This document shows, in pieces, positions 1 through 9,248 of a stretch of 64,000 bases of DNA (position 1 is the stretch's first letter; each line of letters begins with the position of its first letter). The notes under the pieces were generated by a model. That model worked only from the letters and a program-made list of their open reading frames with translations, had not been told where the DNA came from and did not search any database. The position numbers and the translations under genes were made by a program. Source of the stretch: Blastocatellia bacterium (GTDB lineage: Bacteria; Acidobacteriota; Blastocatellia; UBA7656); NCBI GenBank assembly GCA_963765495.1, contig CAVXWP010000010.1, forward strand, positions 32,001 to 96,000, written 5' to 3'.

Positions 1-140
1 AAGGGTTGTGCGACGTTGTAATCAGGCTATGGGAGTTGAAACGGAACGACACGACTAACCTTATTGCCGATCTCGTTTCGACCGTGTGCTCTTTCCTCAT
101 CCTTCGGAAATTCCCCTGGTAATTTCGGTCTATTCTTCAT
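1..140 (-). CDS. possible 5' end of a gene running off the left edge (MKNRPKLPGEFPKDEER...LITTSHNP)
   Basis: Hand translation shows an open frame from ATG at 140 to the edge, divergent from the 306 ORF; no diagnostic motif. Confidence 0.25.
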
Positions 141-305
141 TTCAGGGTCATGAGAGGGATCTGACTCGGTCGATATAGCAAAAGACTGGTTTCCCTCTCA
201 AGCTCGCTGGTCGAGCACATGCTTTTTCTATTGCCAGTGGGTGCTCTCGAATTTATTCTGTGAGCGGGTATCGATACAGATTCCATTCAGGCGGTCCGTA
301 AATTA

Positions 306-2735
306 ATGGAGACAAAAGATTCAAATCTTATACTTTCCGGGATAGAGCCGGTGGACGAATTGCTTGGCGGGCTGGAAAGCGGTCAGTTATACCTGGTCCA
401 TGGCGATTCTGCCGGCAAGTCGCTTTTCGGGATCAAGTTTCTCATCGAAGGGCTCAAGCGCGGGGAAAACGGCTCGCTCGTTATTCGTTACTCTCCCGAA
501 GATGCGGTCAGGCGATTCGCCCGGCTGGGATACGATTGTCTCGAAGACATCTACAGCGGACGGCTGGTAATACTCGAATACACAAACGACATCATACAGC
601 AGATAGCCCGGCTTGAAGAGATCACCCCGGTCCTGCGCGAACTGGAATGGCTGCTCGGAGAGACCCGACCTCAGCGAGTTATTTTTGACCCGGTAGCTCA
701 TATGGTGCTCAGCGAACGAGGCGACATTGAAAGACGCGTGCGCGCCTTTGCCGATTGGGCGATCTCGTTTGGTTCGACCGTCGTGCTTATCGCAAACGGC
801 GATGGATCGGGCGTAATTCAGCACTTCACCCCACTTGTAAAGGAATCCTTCCGCTTCGAAGTCAAGGAAGACGAGGAACGAGCTACCAGATACTTTATCT
901 TTGAAAAATCCAATAACATCCCCGATCAGCCAATCGAAGTCGATCCTTCGCGTGGAGTCTTTTTGCTTGGCCGCGCACAGATGCCCGGGCAATTCGCTAC
1001 CAGATTTCACCCCCCGGCTGCGGCTGACATTACGATAGAAACTCTCCCCATCATAGAAGCCCGGCCTCAAGCCGAATCCGATGTCGAAAGCGAGCCCGTT
1101 GTCGAAGCCGAACCCGCAAGCCCGGTCTTGGCTGAGGTCGAAACAGAACCCGAGGAGAGCGAGAAAGAAAAACTTCTCGATGAAACCGATAAGCCGCTTG
1201 CGGCTACAGATGCTGAGGCGAGCGGGGCGGATGCGGATATGGATACGTCTCAGGTGACAAGACCATTGATTCCGCCGCCGGGACTCCGGCGACAAAGCAC
1301 TCTCAATACAAACCCGACCGAGGCTCCGCAAGAAGAAACCGCTTCGCAGTTGCCCGCGCCCTCAAGCCCCAATGAAGTAATTGAATGGCAGGAGGACCTG
1401 CTTTCTGAGTTATTGGATGATCTGGCCGGGATACCTTCGCCCGTGGATCTGGAAAGCGACGATTTCCAGCCCATACCCACGGAGAAAGTGAAAGCAGAGA
1501 AGGCAAAAGAAGAAGCCGGTGCCTGGATGCCCGCTTCGCTTGAAGAACCTCGCGAAGAGGAGGATTTTCAACCCCCGGCTGAGACAGAGTTGCAGCCCGC
1601 CCCCCAGCCGACTCCCGTTCACACCGAACCATCAAAGAACGAATCACCCATCACAAGCAGGGCCGTAGAGGCTTTGCTCCGGCCACCCGACACCGAACCC
1701 GAAGCGTCGATTGCGGGCGCTGCTTCCTTCTCTTACGAGGAAAACCGTATTCCTGTAGGCATAAACACTAAGGATTTCAATGTGCTCGTCATAGATGATG
1801 ATCCGGCTTCGTGTTCTCTGATGACGCAAGAGTTGAGCGACTACACGGTTGAAATCGTTCACGATGGCGTGGCTGGGCTTGCAAAGCTCATATCATTCAA
1901 GCCCGATCTTGTGATTCTCGATGTGGATTTGCCTATACTCGACGGGTTCAGAATACTGGCTCACATCCGGTCGAGCCTGAATATGCCGGTGATCATTTTA
2001 TCGGGTACGCATATGAGGGCAAGCGACCGCGTACTGGCCGCAGAACTCGGCGCGGACTATTACATGACAAAGCCCTTCAGCGTAAAAGAGATGCGCCAGA
2101 AGGCCCGACACCTGATAGCTCGCTACCGGGGCATCAACTCTTGGATCATCACCTCGCCCACTTCGCAGGAGGCGCAAATCGTGCCTCCCATACAGGAAAA
2201 GATCGAACCCGAGTCTGCCCGCCCGACAGAGAAAGCGGAGATGGCTTTGCGGTTCAAACCTTACAGAGATTTCGTCCTGCTGGTTGAAGACAATGTCAGG
2301 CACGCGATAGATAGCGGAGCATCATTTTCAATAGTCGGATGCCGGTTGAAGAATATGACTGCCGGCGGAGGACGCCCGGCTATGCATCTGTTGGATATGG
2401 TGAGCAAGCTCGTACGCGAGACCGATCTGCTCTCGACAAACCCCCGCAATGATCTGGTGATCTTTCTGGCCGAGGCGGACGTTGCCGGGGCGCAGGCCTT
2501 CGCCGGTCGCCTGCGAGAGCGCGTGCTGGAAGAGATGAATCAGGAACCTTCCGTCTGGATGCGGAGCTTCCCTGACATCGAAGAAGCCGATCAGCCGACC
2601 AGGCCTACCTACGTGCCCTCAAACGGCAACCTGAACCGCCGGGCAAGCGATGTCAAAATTTCCGAAAACGACCTGACCGAGAAGGGCGAAGATCATTCGG
2701 AAAAATCGCTGACCGATTTTCTCGACAAATTATAG
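306..2735 (+). CDS. RecA/KaiC-like domain + acidic Pro-rich linker + receiver domain + degenerate GGDEF-like domain
   Basis: SGIEPVDELLGG...HGDSAGKS P-loop and RVIFD Walker B-like motif; REC VLVIDDD..ILDVDLP..TKPF; C-terminal RETD-LLSTN-PRNDL. Confidence 0.8.
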   Translation: METKDSNLILSGIEPVDELLGGLESGQLYLVHGDSAGKSLFGIKFLIEGLKRGENGSLVIRYSPEDAVRRFARLGYDCLEDIYSGRLVILEYTNDIIQQIARLEEITPVLRELEWLLGETRPQRVIFDPVAHMVLSERGDIERRVRAFADWAISFGSTVVLIANGDGSGVIQHFTPLVKESFRFEVKEDEERATRYFIFEKSNNIPDQPIEVDPSRGVFLLGRAQMPGQFATRFHPPAAADITIETLPIIEARPQAESDVESEPVVEAEPASPVLAEVETEPEESEKEKLLDETDKPLAATDAEASGADADMDTSQVTRPLIPPPGLRRQSTLNTNPTEAPQEETASQLPAPSSPNEVIEWQEDLLSELLDDLAGIPSPVDLESDDFQPIPTEKVKAEKAKEEAGAWMPASLEEPREEEDFQPPAETELQPAPQPTPVHTEPSKNESPITSRAVEALLRPPDTEPEASIAGAASFSYEENRIPVGINTKDFNVLVIDDDPASCSLMTQELSDYTVEIVHDGVAGLAKLISFKPDLVILDVDLPILDGFRILAHIRSSLNMPVIILSGTHMRASDRVLAAELGADYYMTKPFSVKEMRQKARHLIARYRGINSWIITSPTSQEAQIVPPIQEKIEPESARPTEKAEMALRFKPYRDFVLLVEDNVRHAIDSGASFSIVGCRLKNMTAGGGRPAMHLLDMVSKLVRETDLLSTNPRNDLVIFLAEADVAGAQAFAGRLRERVLEEMNQEPSVWMRSFPDIEEADQPTRPTYVPSNGNLNRRASDVKISENDLTEKGEDHSEKSLTDFLDKL

Positions 2736-2747
2736 GACGCCATACAT

Positions 2748-2832
2748 AGACAGGATTACCAGGATTCAAAAGAATTAGACAAGATTGAAAGAGAATCTTG
2801 TTGCATCCATAGAAATCCTGTAAATCCTGTCT
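2748..2832. repeat. 9-bp-period inverted hairpin (GACAGGATT family)
   Basis: AGACAGGATTACCAGGATT...AATCCTGTAAATCCTGTCT; sister copies at 38794 and 42948. Confidence 0.85.
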
Positions 2833-4121
2833 CAAATGCGCCTGTAGCGGCGAGCCTTAAATTCATAGCGTGGCAGGCTGCCGCTTGCCGCCTTTTCCAT
2901 ATTCACACGGATATTGAACCGGGCTCGAAACGCCTGTTCGATCTGGCGCGATGTCTCTTCGAAGTTATGGCCTGAAACGGTTTCTATCTTTAAGAGAAGC
3001 TCATCCATTCCCGCCGCCCGGCTTATGATAACCTCGTATTCGGCGACGCTTCTAACGCCGCGCACAAGATCGTCAATCGCGCCCGGATAAATATTCACGC
3101 CGCGCACTATCAACATATCGTCGGCTCGTCCAAGCAAACCGCCTTTGATGCGGGCCATGCGTCTGCCGCAGGGACACGTCTCGCGGGTAATTTCTGCGAG
3201 GTCGCCCGTGCGGTAGCGGAGTACGGGCATTCCGGCGCGACCCAGATTTGTGATTACAAGCTCGGCCCGAGCGCCGTCGGGCGCGGGCGTCCCGCTGCCG
3301 GGCAGCATGCTTTCAAAGATAAATTCAGCTTCGTTCAAGTGAAGCGCGCCGGTCTGAGCCTCGCAGTCAAAGGCCCACGCGCCTACTTCCGTGGCCCCCG
3401 CGTGATCGAAACAGATTGCCCCCCAGGCTTCTTCTATCGCGCGCTTGACGTTTGGAAGACTCGCGCCGGGTTCGCCCGCGTGTATGCTCAACCTGATCGC
3501 GGAAGACCGCAGATCAAGCCCCCGCTCTCTTGCCACTTCGGCCAGATGCAACGCATATGTAGGCGTCGAGACAAGCACCGTCGCGCCACTGTCGAGCATA
3601 GCCTGCAATCGTTGCTCCGAATTCATCCCGCCGCCTGAGATGGCCATCGCCCCGATGTGCCACGCGCCTGAAATGGCCGTCCAGTGACTGATATAAGGTC
3701 CAAATGAGAAGGCGCAAAAGACACGGTCATTTTCCGTCACTCCCGCCCCGCGATAGACGTAGCCCCAGCATCTGGTCCACCACTTCCAGCTATCTTCCGT
3801 GTCGAGCCATCTGAGGGGTGTTCCGCTCGTGCCCGATGTCTGGTGAAAATAGCGATAACGCGACAACTCGTAGGTGAGCAGATTGCCAAACGGCGGGCTC
3901 AGGTTCTGTGCTTCGACCAGTTCGCTCTTGGTCGTGAAAGGAAGAGCGCGCAGTTGCTCAATCGTCTCGATCTCTTTGAGATCAACCCCGCAAGAGGCAG
4001 CTTTCTCCTGATAGAATCTGTTGGCAGCAATTTCGCCGATCAGTCTGCGTAGCCGGTCATTCTGGACCTCTCGCAACTGGTCGCAATCGACCGTCTCCAG
4101 CTCAGGGTTGTAATAAAGCAC
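2832..4121 (-). CDS. phenylacetate-CoA ligase family protein (PaaK-like)
   Basis: TSGTSGTP loop, STPTYA, AGEPG, RYRTGD, GRADDMLIVRGVN; GTG start at 4121 preferred over 4205. Confidence 0.85.
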   Translation of the reverse strand: MLYYNPELETVDCDQLREVQNDRLRRLIGEIAANRFYQEKAASCGVDLKEIETIEQLRALPFTTKSELVEAQNLSPPFGNLLTYELSRYRYFHQTSGTSGTPLRWLDTEDSWKWWTRCWGYVYRGAGVTENDRVFCAFSFGPYISHWTAISGAWHIGAMAISGGGMNSEQRLQAMLDSGATVLVSTPTYALHLAEVARERGLDLRSSAIRLSIHAGEPGASLPNVKRAIEEAWGAICFDHAGATEVGAWAFDCEAQTGALHLNEAEFIFESMLPGSGTPAPDGARAELVITNLGRAGMPVLRYRTGDLAEITRETCPCGRRMARIKGGLLGRADDMLIVRGVNIYPGAIDDLVRGVRSVAEYEVIISRAAGMDELLLKIETVSGHNFEETSRQIEQAFRARFNIRVNMEKAASGSLPRYEFKARRYRRI

Positions 4122-4545
4122 TCCGCGTCTTCCTCTCTCACTACAGGGCTTGAGTTTAATCCTACCGGCAACGGAAAATTTGAACCAGACGAAATTGAAA
4201 CCCACAAGGCGTGACCGGGCAATCGGGTGATAAAAGGCCCGTCCGGGGGTTTTGAGCTATTGATCACATAACCATCGCGCATTTTTTTGAACAGGCTCGC
4301 CATTTTTTGCTTGTGTTTCGATACACGCAAGTATATTTTTTCTTTGTATCCAGATCTCCACTCACAGGGCAGTTGAAGCGTATGGCTGTCCTCTGGTGAC
4401 GAATTGAAACCAGGCCATCCGGCTTTAATCAAAAGTTAATGACCGAAGAAGTGACACCAGAAGAAACAAGCTAAGGCGACTGAAATAGGTTGCCACTTCA
4501 AGAGGAACTCACCGAGACTATCAATTTTGCAAAAGGAGAATATGT

Positions 4546-5847
4546 GTGATGGAACAGCAGATACAGAATCAGACAACGAGTGCGGCCCCGCCTTTTCGGG
4601 TGGATGTTAAATTGCACCAGTTGCTGGTAAAGGGGACATCCGAGCGAACTCCTCCCCTGGAGCCTGCGGGTCAAACTCTCCCCGATGCGGTCTTTCCGCA
4701 ATACCCGGAACTCCTGGCTCTTTCAAACAAGGCGGTCGAGGGCCCTCACATTCCTCCCGAGTCCCGCAAGTGGACAGGGCCGCTCATCTATAGAGCGATG
4801 CGTGGATGGTTATTCCCCTATGTCAAGTCGCGAGTTCTGCCCGGAGATTTTCATCCGATAATTGCCTATCTTTTTACCGAGTGGAAATGCAATCTCGATT
4901 GTCACTACTGCTGGGCATTCGACAACAGCGTAAAAGGGATGAGCGAAGACACCGCCCGACGCACGATAGACTGGCTCCACGACACAGGTTGCAGGGTGCT
5001 GGCCCTGATGGGCGGCGAGCCTTTGCTCCGCCCCCAGTTTGTCCACAAGGTTGTCTATTACGCGGCGAAAAAGGGCTTCTGGGTCTACTTGCCGACCAAT
5101 GCGCGTTTGCTGCGTCCCGATGTCATAGACCGTCTGGCCGATGCCGGGGTCGCTACATTCAACTTCGCCGTTGACGCCGTTGATGAAAAGCCGGGGCTGC
5201 CGAAGGCGCTCAACCCGATAAGGGCGAATTTCGATTATCTGGTAAAGAAGCAGTACACCTACGGCTACACGGTGTTCTTCAATATGAACATCTGCCGTAA
5301 TAACATGGATGACATCAAGCAGCTTACCGAGATCGCCCGCGAAAATGCGATAGCGACCGACTATCACATCAACGAATCTCCCATGCTCGAACAGGAGCAT
5401 TTCAAGCATCTCGACGAAAACGACACCTTCATCCGTCGCGAGGACTGGCCACAGGTGGACGCGCTTGTTGACTGGCTGATCGAGAAGAATCGCCAGGGCT
5501 ACAAGATGGTGAATTCCATCCAGCGCCTTCAGGATATGAAGGAATTCATGCGCGGCAAGGTCGAGTCCTGGCAATGCCGAGCGGGGCAGAACAACGTGAT
5601 CATCCGAGTGGATGGCACGCTCGCTCCATGTTTTCCGATGTACTCGGCCACTTATGATTGGGGGGTAGTGGGCAATCATAAATTCGAGGTGAAACAACTC
5701 GACGATATGAAGACGGAGTGCCAGACACATTGTTTTTCGACTCTGAATCACAATCTGGCATTCTGCTATAACGATATGCGGGTTGTGAAATGGGTGCTCA
5801 GACAGGCGGTTCGCGGCTTCCAGGGAGTAACCGGCAGCTTCGACTAA
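4546..5847 (+). CDS. radical SAM protein with SPASM/twitch-like C-terminus
   Basis: CNLDCHYC, GGEPLL, CRAG..DGTLAPC..CQTHC. Confidence 0.9.
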   Translation: MMEQQIQNQTTSAAPPFRVDVKLHQLLVKGTSERTPPLEPAGQTLPDAVFPQYPELLALSNKAVEGPHIPPESRKWTGPLIYRAMRGWLFPYVKSRVLPGDFHPIIAYLFTEWKCNLDCHYCWAFDNSVKGMSEDTARRTIDWLHDTGCRVLALMGGEPLLRPQFVHKVVYYAAKKGFWVYLPTNARLLRPDVIDRLADAGVATFNFAVDAVDEKPGLPKALNPIRANFDYLVKKQYTYGYTVFFNMNICRNNMDDIKQLTEIARENAIATDYHINESPMLEQEHFKHLDENDTFIRREDWPQVDALVDWLIEKNRQGYKMVNSIQRLQDMKEFMRGKVESWQCRAGQNNVIIRVDGTLAPCFPMYSATYDWGVVGNHKFEVKQLDDMKTECQTHCFSTLNHNLAFCYNDMRVVKWVLRQAVRGFQGVTGSFD

Positions 5848-5882
5848 ATCAGAAAAAAACTACCACTGCCTGATAAGAAAAT

Positions 5883-5943
5883 TTTGCGTTACTTTGCGGC
5901 TTTGCGAGAATCTGTTCCTCGTAAAGCCACAAAGCTCGCAAAG
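5883..5943. repeat. 8-bp-period inverted hairpin (CTTTGCG family) between convergent genes
   Basis: CTTTGCGGCTTTGCGAG...CTCGTAAAGCCACAAAGCTCGCAAAG; relative at 25806. Confidence 0.7.
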
Positions 5944-5966
5944 AGCTTTCGTAGAGGTGAAACCCT

Positions 5967-7577
5967 TCACACGCTCAGGTCGGCGGTTGGCAGAAACTTT
6001 GGCGGGCGGCGAAAATGTGTAGCCTGCTCGAAGGCATAGGCCAGCTTTATCAGCGTAGGCTCGCTGTAGGCCCGTCCGAAAAACGATATGCCCACCGGCA
6101 GACCGAAAATATATCCCGCCGGTACATTGATGTTGGGATACCCGGCCACGGCCGCGGGCGTGGAACTGCCGCCTGAAAAATGATCTCCATTCACCAGGTC
6201 CGTAGTCCAGGGTGGCCCTCCCGTAGGCGCGATGATCGCATCAAGTCGATTTTTTCGCATAACCGCGTCAATCCCCTGCGCTCTCGAAAGCAGATGATCT
6301 TTTCTAAGGGCTTTCAGGTACGCGCTCGACGTGAGCGGCCCTTTCTCTTCGGCCCGGTGGAATATCTCCTGGCCAAAATAGGGCATCTCTTTCTCCTTGT
6401 TCTGCTCGTTAAAGGCTATGAGTTCTTTTAGCGAATGAGCGGGCGCATCCTTTCCAAGCCCCGCCAGATACGAATTCAAATCGGCCTTGAATTCGTATAA
6501 CAACACTTCGAATTCCGAGTCGTCAAACTTTCCCGAAGTAGGAATATCGGCCGGATCAATCATAATCGCGCCCTGTTGTTTCATCGCTTCTATGGAGTCG
6601 TTCATCAAACGGTCTACCCTGTCGCTAAAGCCGAAGAATTTACGCGCCACTCCGATTCGCGCCCCTTTCAGGCCGTTCACGTCGAGAAAGCGCGTGTAAT
6701 CGGTAAAGGATTTTCCCCGGCTCTCTTTTGTCGCCGCGTCTCGCTGATCTATCCCTGTGAGCGCGCCCAGAAGTATCACAGCATCTGTCACGGTACGGGC
6801 CATCGGCCCGGCAGTGTCCTGGCTGTGAGATATGGGTATGATGCCTGCCCGGCTAATCAGGCCGAGCGTCGGTTTGATTCCGACTATCGAATTTGCCGAA
6901 GACGGGCATACTACAGACCCATCGGTTTCCGTGCCGATTGCGACGGCGCAGAGGTTGGCAGCCACGGCTGCGCCCGACCCTGAACTCGACCCGCAGGGGT
7001 TTCTGTCGAGCGCGTAGGGGTTGCGAGTCTGCCCGCCGCGCCCGCTCCATCCACTGGTCGAATGGGTAGAGCGGAAGTTGGCCCATTCGCTGAGGTTTGT
7101 CTTTCCAAGTATCACGGCCCCGGCCTGGCGAAGTTTTTCAGCAACGAAGGAGTCACGGACGGGTTTTGCCCCGACAAGCGCGAGCGAACCGGCGGTGGTC
7201 ATCATACGGTCGGCGGTGTCTATGTTGTCTTTGATGAGAACGGGGATGCCGTGAAGCGGGCCGCGCAAGCGCCCGGCCTTGCGCTCCTGATCGAGCGAAT
7301 CGGCTATGCTGAGGGCATCAGGATTGGTTTCGATAACGGAGTTTACAGCCGGGCCGTTGCGGTCAATCTCTTCGATGCGCGACAGGTATTTTTCCGTGAT
7401 TGATCGCGCGGTGAGCGCCCCCGCCTGCATCGCTTCGCGCAACTGTGCGATAGTGGCTTCTTCGAAATCGAATGAGCCTGCGTTCTGCGAGCGAGCGACT
7501 GATCGAGGCAAAGCAGGTCGAGCGATGGCCATTGCGCCGCCAAGCAAACCGAATTGCAGAAAATTCCTGCGCTTCAT
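5967..7577 (-). CDS. amidase signature family enzyme with Tat signal
   Basis: KRRNFL Tat motif; IKDNI, GSSSGS, GTETDGSVVCPS. Confidence 0.92.
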   Translation of the reverse strand: MKRRNFLQFGLLGGAMAIARPALPRSVARSQNAGSFDFEEATIAQLREAMQAGALTARSITEKYLSRIEEIDRNGPAVNSVIETNPDALSIADSLDQERKAGRLRGPLHGIPVLIKDNIDTADRMMTTAGSLALVGAKPVRDSFVAEKLRQAGAVILGKTNLSEWANFRSTHSTSGWSGRGGQTRNPYALDRNPCGSSSGSGAAVAANLCAVAIGTETDGSVVCPSSANSIVGIKPTLGLISRAGIIPISHSQDTAGPMARTVTDAVILLGALTGIDQRDAATKESRGKSFTDYTRFLDVNGLKGARIGVARKFFGFSDRVDRLMNDSIEAMKQQGAIMIDPADIPTSGKFDDSEFEVLLYEFKADLNSYLAGLGKDAPAHSLKELIAFNEQNKEKEMPYFGQEIFHRAEEKGPLTSSAYLKALRKDHLLSRAQGIDAVMRKNRLDAIIAPTGGPPWTTDLVNGDHFSGGSSTPAAVAGYPNINVPAGYIFGLPVGISFFGRAYSEPTLIKLAYAFEQATHFRRPPKFLPTADLSV

Positions 7578-7663
7578 CGTCTCCTCCTCTTTATCCGTTT
7601 AATTGGGCCAATTGCTGCCGAGAATCATTCGATCTTTAACGCAAAATCTTTCACTTGCGCTTA

Positions 7664-7694
7664 TCTGAGATTTCTTCAAATCTCAAATCTCAGA
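7664..7694. repeat. heptamer (AAATCTC) mini-hairpin downstream of lpdA
   Basis: TCTGAGATTT...AAATCTCAAATCTCAGA; relative at 32958. Confidence 0.65.
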
Positions 7695-7699
7695 AGTAC

Positions 7700-9127
7700 T
7701 CAGCCTTTCTTCGGGCGATAGATGTGAGTGCTCTGGCCGTAATATGCCTCGGCGGCTTCCATAATCGTCTCCGACAGAGTCGGATGAGGATGTATCGAAA
7801 GCTCTAAATCTCTTGCGAGCGCCGCCATCTCTACGGCGACGACGCCTTCCGATATCAACTCGCCAACTCCAACTCCAACCATTCCTACTCCAAGCACGCG
7901 CTCGGTTTCAGGATCGATCAGGAGTTTGGTCACACCGTCCGGGCGGTCGAGCGTCGTAGCCCTTCCCGATGCGGCCCACGGAAAGCGAGCGACCGTATAG
8001 GCGCGGCCCTCTTTTTTCGCCTCTGTTTCGGTCAGGCCGCACCACGCCACCTCCGGGTCAGTGAAGACGACCGCCGGTATCGCGCGAGGCTCGAAGACCA
8101 CGTTATGGCCCGCGATGACTTCCGCGGCCACGCGGCCTTCGTGAGACGCCTTGTGCGCAAGCATGGGCTCGCCCACACAATCGCCTATGGCAAAGATAGA
8201 CGGCTCGGCGGTGCGCAGTTGTTTGTCAACCTTGACAAAGCCGCGCTCGTCAATCTCTACCTTTGTATTTTCAAGCCCCAGCCCGGCTGAATTGGGCTTG
8301 CGGCCAACCGAAATCAGAACCTTGTCATAAACCTGTTCGGCCTCTTCTATGCCCTCGCCTTCTATCCTGACCTTGATTCCCTTCTTCGTCTCATTAAGCT
8401 CGACCACTTTTGAGTTGAGCATGATCGAGTCGAAAATCTTCTTCACCTCTCTGGCCAGAATACTCACAAGGTCGCGATCCGCGCCGGGAAGTAATCCCGA
8501 TGTCATTTCCACAACCGAGACCTTACTCCCCAGAGCCGCGTAGACGGTTCCGAGTTCGAGGCCGATATAGCCGCCGCCGATCACAAGCAGCGTCTTTGGA
8601 ACGTCTTCGAGATCGAGCGCGGTGGTTGAATTCAGAATGCGCGAGCTTTCAAGAGACAGCCCCGGAAGCGTGGCCGGGCGCGACCCCGTGGCGAGTATCG
8701 CGTGTTCGAATTTAAGTTGCTCGGTTCCGCCTTTTACTCTTTCGATCTTCAAGGTATTGGCGTCGACGAAAGTCCCGCGACCTTGAATGTAGTTAATCTT
8801 TCTGACTTTATTAAGCTGGCCAAGCCCGCCCGTCATCTGCGCGACCACTCTGTTTTTCCACTCGCGCAGCTTGTCCATGTCGATCTCAGGCTCGGAAAAC
8901 TTTATGCCCCACCGGGCAGCATGGCGCGATTCGTTTATGAGTTTGGCTACGTGCAGGAGGGCCTTTGACGGGATACAACCTCGATAGAGGCAGACCCCGC
9001 CTGGATTGAGTTCGAGATCAACCATCGTTGTTTGAAGACCGAGATCGGCGGCCAGATAGGCGGCTGCGTATCCGCCGGGGCCGCCGCCTACGACGACCAC
9101 CTGTGTCGAATTGTTATTTTCAGTCAT
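7700..9127 (-). CDS. lpdA: dihydrolipoyl dehydrogenase (E3)
   Basis: GGGPGGY, GGVCLYRGCIPSK, HPHPTLSE; start MTENN at 9127 because the longer ORF start lies in a repeat. Confidence 0.96.
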   Translation of the reverse strand: MTENNNSTQVVVVGGGPGGYAAAYLAADLGLQTTMVDLELNPGGVCLYRGCIPSKALLHVAKLINESRHAARWGIKFSEPEIDMDKLREWKNRVVAQMTGGLGQLNKVRKINYIQGRGTFVDANTLKIERVKGGTEQLKFEHAILATGSRPATLPGLSLESSRILNSTTALDLEDVPKTLLVIGGGYIGLELGTVYAALGSKVSVVEMTSGLLPGADRDLVSILAREVKKIFDSIMLNSKVVELNETKKGIKVRIEGEGIEEAEQVYDKVLISVGRKPNSAGLGLENTKVEIDERGFVKVDKQLRTAEPSIFAIGDCVGEPMLAHKASHEGRVAAEVIAGHNVVFEPRAIPAVVFTDPEVAWCGLTETEAKKEGRAYTVARFPWAASGRATTLDRPDGVTKLLIDPETERVLGVGMVGVGVGELISEGVVAVEMAALARDLELSIHPHPTLSETIMEAAEAYYGQSTHIYRPKKG

Positions 9128-9136
9128 AGCTAACGT

Positions 9137-9242
9137 GATGCGTTCACGTGATTCGTGATTCGTGATATTAAGGGCAGTTCCCCTGTTAATCGGGATTTGC
9201 AGTGAGTCACGCATCACTCTTCACGAATCACGTGAACGCATC
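9137..9242. repeat. heptamer (TCGTGAT) inverted hairpin element
   Basis: 22-bp perfect arms GATGCGTTCACGTGATTCGTGA / TCACGAATCACGTGAACGCATC. Confidence 0.9.
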
Positions 9243-9248
9243 CCTCTC

